In this document: piece after piece, positions 1 through 9,016 of the stretch
How positions within the stretch are numbered: the first letter of the stretch is position 1
Layout of the letters: every line of letters starts with the position of its first letter
DNA from: an uncultured virus (IMG/VR IMGVR_UViG_3300031998_000073)
Taxonomy: Duplodnaviria > Heunggongvirae > Uroviricota > Caudoviricetes
Length of the DNA stretch: 64,000 nucleotides
Virus record (IMG/VR): IMGVR_UViG_3300031998_000073
Strand: one strand, 5' to 3'
Notes under the pieces: model-generated
Seen by the model: only the letters and a program-made list of their open reading frames with translations
Databases searched by the model: none
Told to the model about the DNA's origin: nothing
Translations under genes and position numbers: made by a program

Positions 1-5
1 GCGAG

Positions 6-380
6 GTGAAGAAGAAGCTGCGCGACTTCATCGACGAGATCAGCGACGGATGCGGCCCCGAGATCGAGCAGATGGCCGACGAGCTGAAGGACTACGGCGA
101 CCAGTTCGTGGACGCCCTGAGCGGCATGAGCCGCGAGGGAGGAAGCGGCAGCTACCGCAGCGGATCCGGCATGGACGGCGGCAATGGCTACAACCGCGGC
201 GGCTATCGTGGCGACATGGACGAGAGGGGCGGCAGCTTCTTCCGTCGCGGAGGCCGCGCATACCACCGCAACGAGGGCACCTGGGAGGAACGTGAGGAAC
301 TCCGCAAGAGGAACGAGCAGAAACTCCAGGAGCTTGACCGCCAGATGCAGGAGCTTAAAAAGCACATGCAGGACATGTAG
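6..380 (+). CDS. hypothetical phage protein, Gly/Arg-rich middle and coiled-coil C-terminus (may be 5'-truncated)
   Basis: ORF at the window edge with GC3-rich codons, followed by a GC hairpin and T-run (~390-425). Confidence 0.7.
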   Translation: MKKKLRDFIDEISDGCGPEIEQMADELKDYGDQFVDALSGMSREGGSGSYRSGSGMDGGNGYNRGGYRGDMDERGGSFFRRGGRAYHRNEGTWEEREELRKRNEQKLQELDRQMQELKKHMQDM

Positions 381-459
381 AATACTGGGAGGGGCGGGGA
401 GAGAAGCCTCGCCCCTTTGATTTTCCTATCTGAAATATGTACGAATTATAACCGAAATT

Positions 460-867
460 ATGTACGAAGACATTATGACGATACTCGACCTGACGCCGGA
501 AGGGTTCAGGGAGTACAAGCAGAAGCACGGCTGCCACTTCAGCGCAGCGCTGTGCGAGTTTGCCGTCAGCCGCATGGAGGGCGAGGACGGCAGCCCCATC
601 AAGGCACTGACGAAACAGGAGGTGGAGCGGCTGCTGAAGGAGTCGAAGGTGGAGATCAGGAACCTGAAGGGTCACGACCATGTGTTCGTGGCCAACATGG
701 GACTGGCAGACTACCTCGGCGACAGTGTGCCGGACATGGACCATCTGGCAAAGTATGTGAAGAACGTGCTGGACGATCCTGACGGCTACGAGGGCATCGC
801 CTTCTGCCGTTGGCTGGCCGACTGTATAGGGAAGAGGGTGGAAGTGCCCTGGGAGGAAATGGCGTGA
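460..867 (+). CDS. hypothetical phage protein
   Basis: ATG after an AT-rich leader, typical codon usage, stop overlaps the next start (GTGA). Confidence 0.75.
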   Translation: MYEDIMTILDLTPEGFREYKQKHGCHFSAALCEFAVSRMEGEDGSPIKALTKQEVERLLKESKVEIRNLKGHDHVFVANMGLADYLGDSVPDMDHLAKYVKNVLDDPDGYEGIAFCRWLADCIGKRVEVPWEEMA

Positions 868-1271
868 TCTGGCAGACGATAGACATAGACGGGTACTGGC
901 TGGCGACGGTGATCTACGTGCCGCTGGAACAGGACATGCCTGCCGTGGCTGAGGCCATGGTGAGGCTGGGCTGTCCGCAGGAGGACATCGGTAAGACCTG
1001 GCACCTGATGACCGAGGAATGGAACCGCGGCTATACGTGGAGCAACCCGGCACGGCGCCGCAGCATCACCCTGATAGGCCGTGCATGGAACTGGGAGCAG
1101 TTCTTCAACACCGTCATGCATGAGACGAAACACCTGGTGGACGAGATAACCGCAGCATATGACATCATGAACTACGGGGAGCCTCCGGCATACCTCCAGG
1201 GATTCCTCGGCCAGCGCATGGCCCCGGTGATCCGCCGGATCGTCTGCCCGTGCTGCGGAAAGGAAAAATAA
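864..1271 (+). CDS. putative zincin-like protein (HExxH)
   Basis: GTG at 864 overlaps the upstream TGA; MHETKH motif and downstream EPPAY. Confidence 0.6.
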   Translation: MIWQTIDIDGYWLATVIYVPLEQDMPAVAEAMVRLGCPQEDIGKTWHLMTEEWNRGYTWSNPARRRSITLIGRAWNWEQFFNTVMHETKHLVDEITAAYDIMNYGEPPAYLQGFLGQRMAPVIRRIVCPCCGKEK

Positions 1272-1350
1272 ATATGGTGAATAATGGCACAAAAAAATCT
1301 GAATTCTTATTGTACACACAATAAATCACAAATCTATTCGTTATATAGAC

Positions 1351-1485
1351 ATGAGAATACTAATTGGGATTTTTGTTACACTGATAGCCATCGGACTTAT
1401 ACACAGGGATAAGGGGAAATGGTATGAGTATCTGGCAGCAATAGTTATCGGACTGCTGGCCACCGTCGGCTTGCTTTTTATCTGA
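1351..1485 (+). CDS. 44-aa two-TM small membrane protein
   Basis: Translated by hand: MRILIGIFVTLIAIGLIHRDKGKWYEYLAAIVIGLLATVGLLFI; below the ORF-track cutoff. Confidence 0.55.
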   Translation: MRILIGIFVTLIAIGLIHRDKGKWYEYLAAIVIGLLATVGLLFI

Positions 1486-1518
1486 TTTAGTTTTCAAACT
1501 TACAGACTTGGAAGCAGA

Positions 1519-1597
1519 TTTAACATTTTTTGGAGTCTTCAAATTTAAAATTTGAGGCATTCAAATCGGCAATTCGAAGCATCCAAAAAACGTTAAA
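1519..1597. repeat. REP/MITE-like palindromic element with 22-bp-period units
   Basis: Terminal inverted repeats TTTAACATTTTTTGGA / TCCAAAAAACGTTAAA enclosing ATTTGxxGCATxCAAAT-type units; related copy at 36052-36121. Confidence 0.7.
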
Positions 1598-1599
1598 CG

Positions 1600-2007
1600 C
1601 TATTGATAGCTGCCAGCCTCTTCTTCAATATATTCATATACAAGAAATGCTCCGGCTATACTTCCTACAATATTTGCTATATGACTTAACAGGACCAAAA
1701 CGCTTAAATCGCTACTCAGCAATTCTGTAAAACAGCCAAACACACCTAAAATACTTCCAATGGTAGCAAAGACTATTGCAACGGTCTTTCTGTATTTTGG
1801 GCATATGTAAGTGCCTACAATTACAAAAGCTGCTGCTGCAAATCCACAGCCGATTACTTCCATAATATTGTGCAAAAACGACAAACCTGCAAACTCGTTA
1901 TTTCCCCACATAAATATGCGATAGCCGATAAAATACGAAAGAAGTGCCAAAGGTAACGCTATGACCCATCTTATGCCATTTAAGAATATGTTATCTTTCT
2001 TTTCCAT
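1600..2007 (-). CDS. multi-TM membrane protein downstream of the repressor (moron or superinfection-exclusion candidate)
   Basis: Four hydrophobic segments, low GC, directly after cI. Confidence 0.7.
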   Translation of the reverse strand: MEKKDNIFLNGIRWVIALPLALLSYFIGYRIFMWGNNEFAGLSFLHNIMEVIGCGFAAAAFVIVGTYICPKYRKTVAIVFATIGSILGVFGCFTELLSSDLSVLVLLSHIANIVGSIAGAFLVYEYIEEEAGSYQ

Positions 2008-2025
2008 ATCATATACTGCTAATTG

Positions 2026-2991
2026 TTAGAACATCTTCACGCTGCCCATGACCTTGTAGACCTTCAGGATGAGAGACTTGCTGATGGTCTGCTCAGGGTA
2101 TTCCTTGTTGTCGGGGATGAGGGTGATGGTGTCGTCGCCGTTGTCGCGGACACGCTTGATGGTGCGCAGCTCGTTGGTGGTGACGATGGCGTAGATTTCT
2201 CCGCTGATGAGGCACGTCTGGGGATTGCGCACTTCCTTGATGGCAATCTTGTCGCCGTGGGAGATTGTGGGGTGCATGGACTGGCCCATCGCGTTGCACC
2301 AGGCATCGCACTTGTTGTAGGGCGTGAAGTCGATCATGTATTCAGGGGTGACGGTCTGGTCGTTGGTCAAAGGGTCAAAGCCCATCGCAAAGTCTACATT
2401 ATAATAAGGTACGCCCACACGCACATCATACGAGCGACGTGCCGGGATGGTCTCCAGTACCTCTTCTGGAAGACGGAACTTCTTGCCTTCGCCGTCCACC
2501 AGCCATCCCTTCCTTACGCGGTAGGTGTCGCAGATCTTGTGGACGTCTGCCACAGACCACGCCTTTTCGCCTTTGAGCTTGCGAAGAAAGAGAGACAACT
2601 CGATGTCGGCCTGCAGCGCAAAGGTTTTGTTGATATGGCCAGTCTCGCGGATCAGCTCCATAATCCTTTCGGTCATCCTTTGCTGCTCAACTATCACGTC
2701 CTTGTCTTCATCGCCTTCCAGAACCTGTGGAGTATTTTCTGCCTTAAATTCTGGTTTTACCGTAAGCATTGGGCCTTCTTCTTTCAGGAGCCAATTAAGT
2801 GATATTTGTTGAAAGGCAGCACAAAAACGTACCAGAAATTTATCGGTAAGAATTTTATCGCTACCATTGAGCGCACTGGAAATATTAGTGCGTGATGATT
2901 CCATTTTTACAGCAGCATCGGCTTGCGTTTTGATTATTTTTTCGCGTTTTAAAAACGAATAGGCTTCTCTAAAGCGTTCTTTCTTATTCAT
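2026..2991 (-). CDS. CI-like repressor (HTH plus S24 LexA-type peptidase)
   Basis: N-terminal HTH ending ISLNWLL..EGPM; C-terminal GQSMHPTISHGD, RTIKRV and LIPDNKEYP motifs. Confidence 0.9.
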   Translation of the reverse strand: MNKKERFREAYSFLKREKIIKTQADAAVKMESSRTNISSALNGSDKILTDKFLVRFCAAFQQISLNWLLKEEGPMLTVKPEFKAENTPQVLEGDEDKDVIVEQQRMTERIMELIRETGHINKTFALQADIELSLFLRKLKGEKAWSVADVHKICDTYRVRKGWLVDGEGKKFRLPEEVLETIPARRSYDVRVGVPYYNVDFAMGFDPLTNDQTVTPEYMIDFTPYNKCDAWCNAMGQSMHPTISHGDKIAIKEVRNPQTCLISGEIYAIVTTNELRTIKRVRDNGDDTITLIPDNKEYPEQTISKSLILKVYKVMGSVKMF

Positions 2992-3100
2992 AAGACAGTT
3001 TATTAATTATATTGTGTTAAAAATACGACACATGTATCATTATTACAACAATTTATGTTAAAAATTTAAACAAGATGTTTTATTTTTACGACATTTGTCT

Positions 3101-3108
3101 TATCTTTG
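3101..3108 (+). promoter_or_regulatory. Bacteroidota -7 promoter element for the cro/early operon
   Basis: TATCTTTG matches TAnnTTTG. Confidence 0.7.
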
Positions 3109-3164
3109 CACTCGGTAATAGTTCCGAATTTATACCGAAAGTGTTCTGATTGTAGTATAGGCTG

Positions 3165-3195
3165 CAAAGATACAACTTTTATTTGAGATTTCAAA
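3165..3195 (-). promoter_or_regulatory. Bacteroidota promoter for cI
   Basis: TTTG-N19-TATCTTTG on the minus strand. Confidence 0.75.
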
Positions 3196-3218
3196 ACATT
3201 TATAATATAAAAATTGTT

Positions 3219-3410
3219 ATGGCAATAAGAAGAAAAGTTATCGTGATTCCAAGGGGCAAGGCAGACAGTATCTGTAATGCCCTGAAGATTGGCAGGACAA
3301 CGCTCTATGCCGCTCTGAATTACACATCGAACTCGGAAGACGCCAAGCTGACCAGGAAGAAGGTGCTGGCCGAATACGGAGGCATCGAAACGACAAAGGT
3401 CATACCCTAA
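3219..3410 (+). CDS. Cro-like small DNA-binding protein
   Basis: Divergent from cI; HTH-like ICNALKIGRTTLYAALNY. Confidence 0.7.
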   Translation: MAIRRKVIVIPRGKADSICNALKIGRTTLYAALNYTSNSEDAKLTRKKVLAEYGGIETTKVIP

Positions 3411-3702
3411 AAAGCAATTAAACGTAACTTAAACTACATTCATTATGACAGAATTAGACGAATACATCAAGAGACCTTACAAAAGGGCGTTTATTACAGA
3501 ACATCTCAACGCCATCCAGGACGCTGAGGCTGAACACCATTATTCACATAAAGAAGAGGAGGACTAATCATGTACAGGGTAATCGTATTGAACAACGACG
3601 GCACGATGAAGAATGATGCCGTTGAGGCTCCGGACTACAACGCCTTGGGCCGTGCACTGGAGAAGAATGAGATCAAGTCGTTTACCGTAACACTCGCATA
3701 GC

Positions 3703-4020
3703 ATGAATCTGAACGAAATCATCCACTCGCCGAACGCCGCCAACATACAGGTGGTGATCAACGCGGAAGACCTGCGGAAGTGCTTCGAGGACTTCACGGC
3801 CTGGGGCATGCAGCGGATCAAGGAGCGCGACGAGCCGGAGTACTACTCGAGGGAGGAGCTGGCTGCGCTGCTGCATGTGTCGCAGCCCACGCTGCTGAAC
3901 TACCGCAAGAAGGGCATCCTGCCGGAGCCTGTCACCATAGAGGGCCGTGTGCTCTACGACAAGGCGAAGGTGCGCGAGGCCATCGAGGGAGGTAAGATAA
4001 GGATAAGGATCAGGCATTAA
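3703..4020 (+). CDS. excisionase-like helix-turn-helix protein
   Basis: YSREELAALLHVSQPTLLNYRKKG..GRVLY pattern (HTH_17-like). Confidence 0.8.
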   Translation: MNLNEIIHSPNAANIQVVINAEDLRKCFEDFTAWGMQRIKERDEPEYYSREELAALLHVSQPTLLNYRKKGILPEPVTIEGRVLYDKAKVREAIEGGKIRIRIRH

Positions 4021-4038
4021 AAAAAGGACTCAGTAACT

Positions 4039-4281
4039 ATGAACAGGTACAGACTACAGCTGTTGGCCGCCGTGGCCATGACGATAGGCTTCTTCGCCGT
4101 CCTCGGATGGGCAGGCGACTACGACTATGCGGAGCAGGTGATCCTTCGCATGAGCCAGGAGCAGTACGACTACGTAAGGGACACGCTGACCAGGCTCAGG
4201 AACGGCAACAGGCCGTCGGAGAGGGAGATTGCCCGCTGGTGGGAGGAGCATCACAACGAAGTACGCGACAGGCTGCCATGA
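4039..4281 (+). CDS. hypothetical protein with N-terminal hydrophobic segment
   Basis: Operon position and codon usage. Confidence 0.7.
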   Translation: MNRYRLQLLAAVAMTIGFFAVLGWAGDYDYAEQVILRMSQEQYDYVRDTLTRLRNGNRPSEREIARWWEEHHNEVRDRLP

Positions 4282-4457
4282 TGAAGGAGGAGCGCGCAAG
4301 ACGGGAACTCGAGGCCCAGAGGTGCTGCCTGTACCTGGACCTGCACAGGCTGGCGACGGTCATGGACGTGCACTCGCTGGAGAGGCTGGTGAGGAAGATA
4401 CACATCATAGAGTTGAAAATTCATTCATTCAAAGGAGGCATATATGACAAAGAGTAA
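4278..4457 (+). CDS. hypothetical protein
   Basis: ATGA overlap with the upstream gene. Confidence 0.55.
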   Translation: MMKEERARRELEAQRCCLYLDLHRLATVMDVHSLERLVRKIHIIELKIHSFKGGIYDKE

Positions 4458-4704
4458 CTACAACAGGGCCGTGAAGGGCGAGAGGGCTAATACGGAGGTG
4501 GTAAACTGCATGGACTGTGAGTGGAGCAACCTGCACAGGTACGGCAGCAACCCCATACTGGCACAGTGTACGGTGAGGCCCAATCCCGGCAACGAGAGGT
4601 TTCCCTACAGGGTAATGGTGGCATCAGCCAGGTGGATATGTCCGGATCACAGGCATCATGATGGCGAGAAGTTCATACAGCAGAGGGTCAGGGGCGCGGC
4701 ATGA
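4444..4704 (+). CDS. Cys-rich hypothetical protein
   Basis: CxxC plus further Cys residues; overlapping operon junctions. Confidence 0.65.
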   Translation: MTKSNYNRAVKGERANTEVVNCMDCEWSNLHRYGSNPILAQCTVRPNPGNERFPYRVMVASARWICPDHRHHDGEKFIQQRVRGAA

Positions 4705-5696
4705 GCAAGTTCTTCAAGGTGTACGACGAGTTTGTTCAGGACTGGGAGTGGTGGAACGTCTATCCCCACCATGCCCTCTTCGAATGGCTGCTTACCAGGG
4801 CGAAGGTGAGGGACACGAAGGTGAGGGGCATCATGGTACGCCGGGGGTCTGTCCTGACCACCTGGAACGAGATGCAGCAGGCCGTGTCGAACGAGTACCA
4901 CAAGTGCAGCCGCGGCACGCTCGGGAGGGCTTTGGAGGATTTAAAGTCGTCGGGAGATATCACCATGATTGCGGACTGCAAGAAAACCGTCGTAACTATC
5001 TGCAAATATGGGTATTACTGCGGAAAGGAGGAAGACATCTGGACTGCTAACGGACTGATAGCGGACTGCCAGCGGACTGCTCCACCTATTATTAATAAGA
5101 GTAAAGAGTATGAAGAGAATAATATATATAGCGCGTGTGAGTCTCTTGACAATGGTGACGGTCTTGTCACCGAGGCCGACTGCCGCAACTGGATGCGGAG
5201 ATACGCAGAGATCGCAAGGGGTTTCGGGCTGGGTGACAACGACCTTCCCCAGCAGCTCACGGCAGCCCGGAGGCAGAAGATCGGCCTCTGCGTCCGTGAG
5301 CGTGGCAGGGGGACGGTGGACGCCATGTTTGCCCGCCTGGCTGAGTCGCCCTACTATTTCGACCAGGGAAGCCGGGGATTCCGCGGTGACTTCACTAACC
5401 TCTGGTCCCCGTCGGTGTTCGACAAGGTGCTGGAGGGAAGCTTTGTGCCCAGGGCTAAGAAGGAGGAGAGGGGACAGGCACAGCCGCAGCAGGCGAAGGA
5501 GTCGATCTACGAGGGGGAATACAGGAGCGACCCGAGGCCGGAGCGCAGGGAACAGCTCGAGGGGATGGTCAGCCTCGTCGAAAGGAACCCGGACAGCATG
5601 TGTCGCCCGACGCTCGTTGCCGCATACGAGTCGGGAGAGCTTGCGCGGCTGGGAATAGAATGGAAGCCGGACAACAACACTAATCAAACGAATTGA
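4701..5696 (+). CDS. phage replication initiator (lambda O-like architecture)
   Basis: wHTH-like N-terminus, internal iterons plus AT-rich tract, C-terminal F.NLW.P..FDKVLEG motif. Confidence 0.7.
   Translation: MSKFFKVYDEFVQDWEWWNVYPHHALFEWLLTRAKVRDTKVRGIMVRRGSVLTTWNEMQQAVSNEYHKCSRGTLGRALEDLKSSGDITMIADCKKTVVTICKYGYYCGKEEDIWTANGLIADCQRTAPPIINKSKEYEENNIYSACESLDNGDGLVTEADCRNWMRRYAEIARGFGLGDNDLPQQLTAARRQKIGLCVRERGRGTVDAMFARLAESPYYFDQGSRGFRGDFTNLWSPSVFDKVLEGSFVPRAKKEERGQAQPQQAKESIYEGEYRSDPRPERREQLEGMVSLVERNPDSMCRPTLVAAYESGELARLGIEWKPDNNTNQTN
5041..5130. repeat. putative replication origin: four 11-bp iterons plus AT-rich tract
   Basis: GGACTGCTAAC GGACTGATAGC GGACTGCCAGC GGACTGCTCCA followed by an AT-rich run. 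Confidence 0.7.
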
Positions 5697-5700
5697 GAAT

Positions 5701-5964
5701 ATGATCAGAATTATCACTACGAAGAAGTACAGGCAGATGCAGAAGGAGATCGAAGAACTCCGCGGCAGCCTGCTGAATGCACAGAACCTGTTGAAGGGTC
5801 ACTACAACAAGTATCAGCATGACCGCGGACAGATGAAGGATGAGATCGGGATAATGCAACTGACTATTGACGAGCTGAAGAAGAATCTCCGCAAGTCGGA
5901 GCATGACAAGGCTGAGGCTCTGAAGAAACTAAAGAAGTACGAGAATGAATCACGAAGAAAGTAA
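5701..5964 (+). CDS. coiled-coil hypothetical protein
   Basis: Operon position, charged helical sequence. Confidence 0.7.
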   Translation: MIRIITTKKYRQMQKEIEELRGSLLNAQNLLKGHYNKYQHDRGQMKDEIGIMQLTIDELKKNLRKSEHDKAEALKKLKKYENESRRK

Positions 5965-6451
5965 CCTGCAGCAGCAGTGTGTCGCATGGTTCCGGGCGCA
6001 GTACCCGCAATACGCCATGCTTCTGACGCATCCTATCAACGAGGGGAGCGGCCACACCACGACAGACCGCAGGCGCCAGGGCATCCACAAGGCCGAGGGC
6101 GCCGTGGCCGGAGTGCCGGATCTGCTGTTGTTCATGAGAAGCGACTTCAATAAAGTGATTAGAGATGGCGTAACATACCTTCTTCCTTACAACATGCTTG
6201 GTATAGAGATGAAGACCAAGAACGGCAAACAATCTCGGGAACAAAAGGATTTTCAGAAGATGTTTGAGGCTGCCAGTAATATGTATGTTGTAGTAAGAAG
6301 TCTTGAGGAGTTTAGGACGATCATAAACGAATACATATCAAACGCTACTTCCTTTATTCTCAAAGACATCAATGCTGCTTATAAAAAGATTGAGGAGGCC
6401 CGCAAGCAGCGTGAGAAAGAACATTTCCTAAAAGTAATCGGTAAGAAGTAA
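5945..6451 (+). CDS. VRR-NUC domain nuclease / resolvase
   Basis: ESNLQQQC, GVPDLLL, IEMKT..GKQS.EQK and YVVVRS motifs. Confidence 0.85.
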   Translation: MNHEESNLQQQCVAWFRAQYPQYAMLLTHPINEGSGHTTTDRRRQGIHKAEGAVAGVPDLLLFMRSDFNKVIRDGVTYLLPYNMLGIEMKTKNGKQSREQKDFQKMFEAASNMYVVVRSLEEFRTIINEYISNATSFILKDINAAYKKIEEARKQREKEHFLKVIGKK

Positions 6452-6897
6452 TGGAGATCGCAACGATATACTACAAGGCCAAGGACGGCAGGATCTTCAC
6501 CGATCCGCTGGAGTGTGAGGAGTACGAGAGCAGGCTTGGGGTTATCCCATGTACCGTCGCCTCGCTGATATTAGACTTGGCGAAGATGGATCCTGACATG
6601 TATATATGCGGGACCGTCCATATCAGGAGGAAAAACGGCACAAGGAACACATACGTCCAGTACACGATGTGTATAGACCACAAGCTGGAGTCCTTTGTCA
6701 ACGTCGATAACCTGAGAGACGAACAGCGTTACATCGTCTGCAAGGTCAAGGACCTGGTACTGTCCCTGAAGGATGAGGAAAGGGATGATCCTGAGCAGCA
6801 CATGATTATCTTCTCCAAAGACATCAACATGAAGAATGTCGGCATCAGCGCGAACTTTAACCCAGACATCTGGGACAACAAAGCGATAGAGTATTAA
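6451..6897 (+). CDS. hypothetical protein
   Basis: TAATG junction, N-terminal YKAKDGRIF..C motif. Confidence 0.7.
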   Translation: MEIATIYYKAKDGRIFTDPLECEEYESRLGVIPCTVASLILDLAKMDPDMYICGTVHIRRKNGTRNTYVQYTMCIDHKLESFVNVDNLRDEQRYIVCKVKDLVLSLKDEERDDPEQHMIIFSKDINMKNVGISANFNPDIWDNKAIEY

Positions 6898-6920
6898 CCC
6901 ATTTAAATTCAAGTAACATC

Positions 6921-7229
6921 ATGGAAGTAATCGGAAAGAAAGTGATTATCCGTGCCAGCAGGGCCGGAGTGTTCTACGGAACGTTGAAGTCGAAGAGAGA
7001 GACAGAGGCAGGCGTCGAGGTGGAGCTGGAGAACAGCCGCCGCATCTGGTACTGGGACGGTGCCGCAAGCCTCAGCCAGATGGCTACGGAGGGGACAAAG
7101 AAGCCAGGCTCCTGTAAGTTCACCGTCACGGTGCCGCTGCACATGGTGATGCAGGTGATCGAGATCATCCCGTGTAGTGAAGAGGCTATTAAGTCTATTG
7201 AGTCGGTAAAGGTATGGAGAATCAGTTAG
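6921..7229 (+). CDS. conserved phage protein (DUF6948-like)
   Basis: IIRASRAGVFYG..SRRIWYWDGAASLSQMA pattern. Confidence 0.75.
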   Translation: MEVIGKKVIIRASRAGVFYGTLKSKRETEAGVEVELENSRRIWYWDGAASLSQMATEGTKKPGSCKFTVTVPLHMVMQVIEIIPCSEEAIKSIESVKVWRIS

Positions 7230-7990
7230 AAGAACGTATCAAGGCATTCCTCGCTGTAAGCTATGGCTCTGGCTCTGGCTCTGGCTCTGGCTATGGCTCT
7301 GGCTATGGCTATGGCTCTGGCGATGGCTATGGCTCTGGCTCTGGCTATGGCTCTGGCTCTGGCTCTGGCGATGGCTATGGCTCTGGCTCTGGCTATGGCT
7401 CTGGCTATGGCTCTGGCTATGGCTCTGGCTCTGGCGATGGCTCTGGCGATGGCTCTGGCGATGGCTCTGGCGATGGCTCTGGCGATGATATACCTGAGTT
7501 CAACGGTCAGAAAGTGTGGCAGGTTGACGGTGTTCCCACAATCATTGACAGCGTACATGAGACGTATGCCAAGGGCAGCATCCTCAATAGCGACTTCACC
7601 CTGACACCGTGTTTTGTCGCCAAAGTAGACAATTGTTTCGCGCATGGTGACACCCTTCGTAAGGCATTCGACGATGCAACGGCAAAGGCGCTGGAGAAAA
7701 TGCCGCTGGAGAAAATGCCGCTGGAGGAACGTATCGCCAGGTTCAAGGAGCAGTTCCCGGATCCCGACGTCAAGATCTCTGCCCGTCAGCTCTACGACTG
7801 GCACCACACCCTGACAGGATCCTGTAAGACCGGACGAGACCACTTTGCCCGTGAACACGGTATCAACGTAGACACGGACAGTTTTACTATCCGTGAGTTT
7901 ACAACCCTTACATGCCAGTCCTACGGTTCAGCTGCCATTATACAGCTGTCTGAGGCCTACGGCATAGATTTGAATCAAAATAAACAGTAA
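7214..7990 (+). CDS. Gly-Ser/Tyr/Asp repeat phage protein
   Basis: (G-S/Y/D)n tract followed by a globular domain (FAHG, WHHTLTGSC..GR). Confidence 0.8.
   Translation: MENQLEERIKAFLAVSYGSGSGSGSGYGSGYGYGSGDGYGSGSGYGSGSGSGDGYGSGSGYGSGYGSGYGSGSGDGSGDGSGDGSGDGSGDDIPEFNGQKVWQVDGVPTIIDSVHETYAKGSILNSDFTLTPCFVAKVDNCFAHGDTLRKAFDDATAKALEKMPLEKMPLEERIARFKEQFPDPDVKISARQLYDWHHTLTGSCKTGRDHFAREHGINVDTDSFTIREFTTLTCQSYGSAAIIQLSEAYGIDLNQNKQ
7261..7487. repeat. hexamer microsatellite (GGCTCT/GGCTAT/GGCGAT)n
   Basis: Directly visible tandem array. Confidence 0.95.
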
Positions 7991-7995
7991 CAATT

Positions 7996-8577
7996 ATGAG
8001 AAGTAGGACAGCAGAATGGTTTATTTGCAAGATCCGCTATGAGAAGGTCATGGAGGACGGCTTGCAGAAGAAAGTGACGGAACAGTATGTAGTTCCGGCT
8101 GTAAGCTTTGCAGAAGCAGAGGCAAGGCTTGTAAACGAAATGGTGCATTATTTAAGCGGCGAGTTCGACGTGGTTGAGATTGACCGCTGTGTGTTCAAGG
8201 AGGTGTTATTTATGGATTGGGCCAATAAGGTGCTTGAAAAGGATTCAGAAGAACTGGCAAAAGCCGTAAGGAATAAAGACAGGGCAGCCTTTGATAAATG
8301 GGATAAAGAGTCTCTTGAAGACAAATTCGATAAAGGTGCAGACTCTCTTTGGTATAAGGCGAAGTTGCAGTTTATCACCTTCGACGAAAATACAGAGAAA
8401 GAGAAGAGATCCAATGTCTATTATCTTGTTGAAGGCGTCTCCCTGGAGAGTGCCCGTAAGAATATCGATGAGGTGATGGGCGGCACGATGATCGATTATG
8501 TCATCTGTTCCGTCAGCGAGACGAAGATCATGGACGTGTTTGAGTATTCATCAAAGAAGGAGGAGGATAAGTCATGA
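7996..8577 (+). CDS. DUF4494-like protein
   Basis: WFICKIRYEK..G.QKKVTEQY and ETKIMDVF motifs. Confidence 0.8.
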   Translation: MRSRTAEWFICKIRYEKVMEDGLQKKVTEQYVVPAVSFAEAEARLVNEMVHYLSGEFDVVEIDRCVFKEVLFMDWANKVLEKDSEELAKAVRNKDRAAFDKWDKESLEDKFDKGADSLWYKAKLQFITFDENTEKEKRSNVYYLVEGVSLESARKNIDEVMGGTMIDYVICSVSETKIMDVFEYSSKKEEDKS

Positions 8578-8807
8578 CAGGCAAGGAATACATGAATCTG
8601 CAGATCGGGATGTACGTCACGGACGAAGTATCCCTGGTGAAGGCTGACTACTGCATCGTGCAGGAGTTTGACCGGCTTGGCCGCATGAAGCTCCAGCCGC
8701 TCGACGAGAACGGTCAGCCCGACGGTGAACCCTACTGGATCCACTACAAGGACTACGACCTGAAGGATAAGATGCTGAAGTCTGAATTTGACAGGTGTAC
8801 GGTATGA
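8574..8807 (+). CDS. hypothetical protein
   Basis: ATGA overlaps at both ends. Confidence 0.7.
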   Translation: MTGKEYMNLQIGMYVTDEVSLVKADYCIVQEFDRLGRMKLQPLDENGQPDGEPYWIHYKDYDLKDKMLKSEFDRCTV

Positions 8808-9013
8808 GCAGCCCCAAGTTCTGTGTCACGGCCCGCAACAGGCTGACGGGTGAGCGCGAGGTGGTTACGCCTCCGCTTTCCCTCCAGAAGGCCAGGGACC
8901 TGAAACTCAAATACGGCTACCGCAACCACAAGAAGAGTGCCTATACCAATCCCAAGGTGGAGGTTTACCCCCCCCCATGCAACTTGAACTTGAATTTTGA
9001 AAAAGACAGTTAG
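8804..9013 (+). CDS. hypothetical protein
   Basis: ATGA overlap; TARNRLTGERE motif. Confidence 0.65.
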   Translation: MSSPKFCVTARNRLTGEREVVTPPLSLQKARDLKLKYGYRNHKKSAYTNPKVEVYPPPCNLNLNFEKDS

Positions 9014-9016
9014 ACC

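Noticed and set aside
7226..7858. Alternative-frame ORFs (ARAIA and MALAL repeats)
   Set aside because: Artefacts of a stop-free hexamer microsatellite
8968..8976. C9 run as a phase-variation or frameshift site
   Set aside because: It lies near the gene end and encodes PPP; there is no sign of a split gene and the next ORF has its own start
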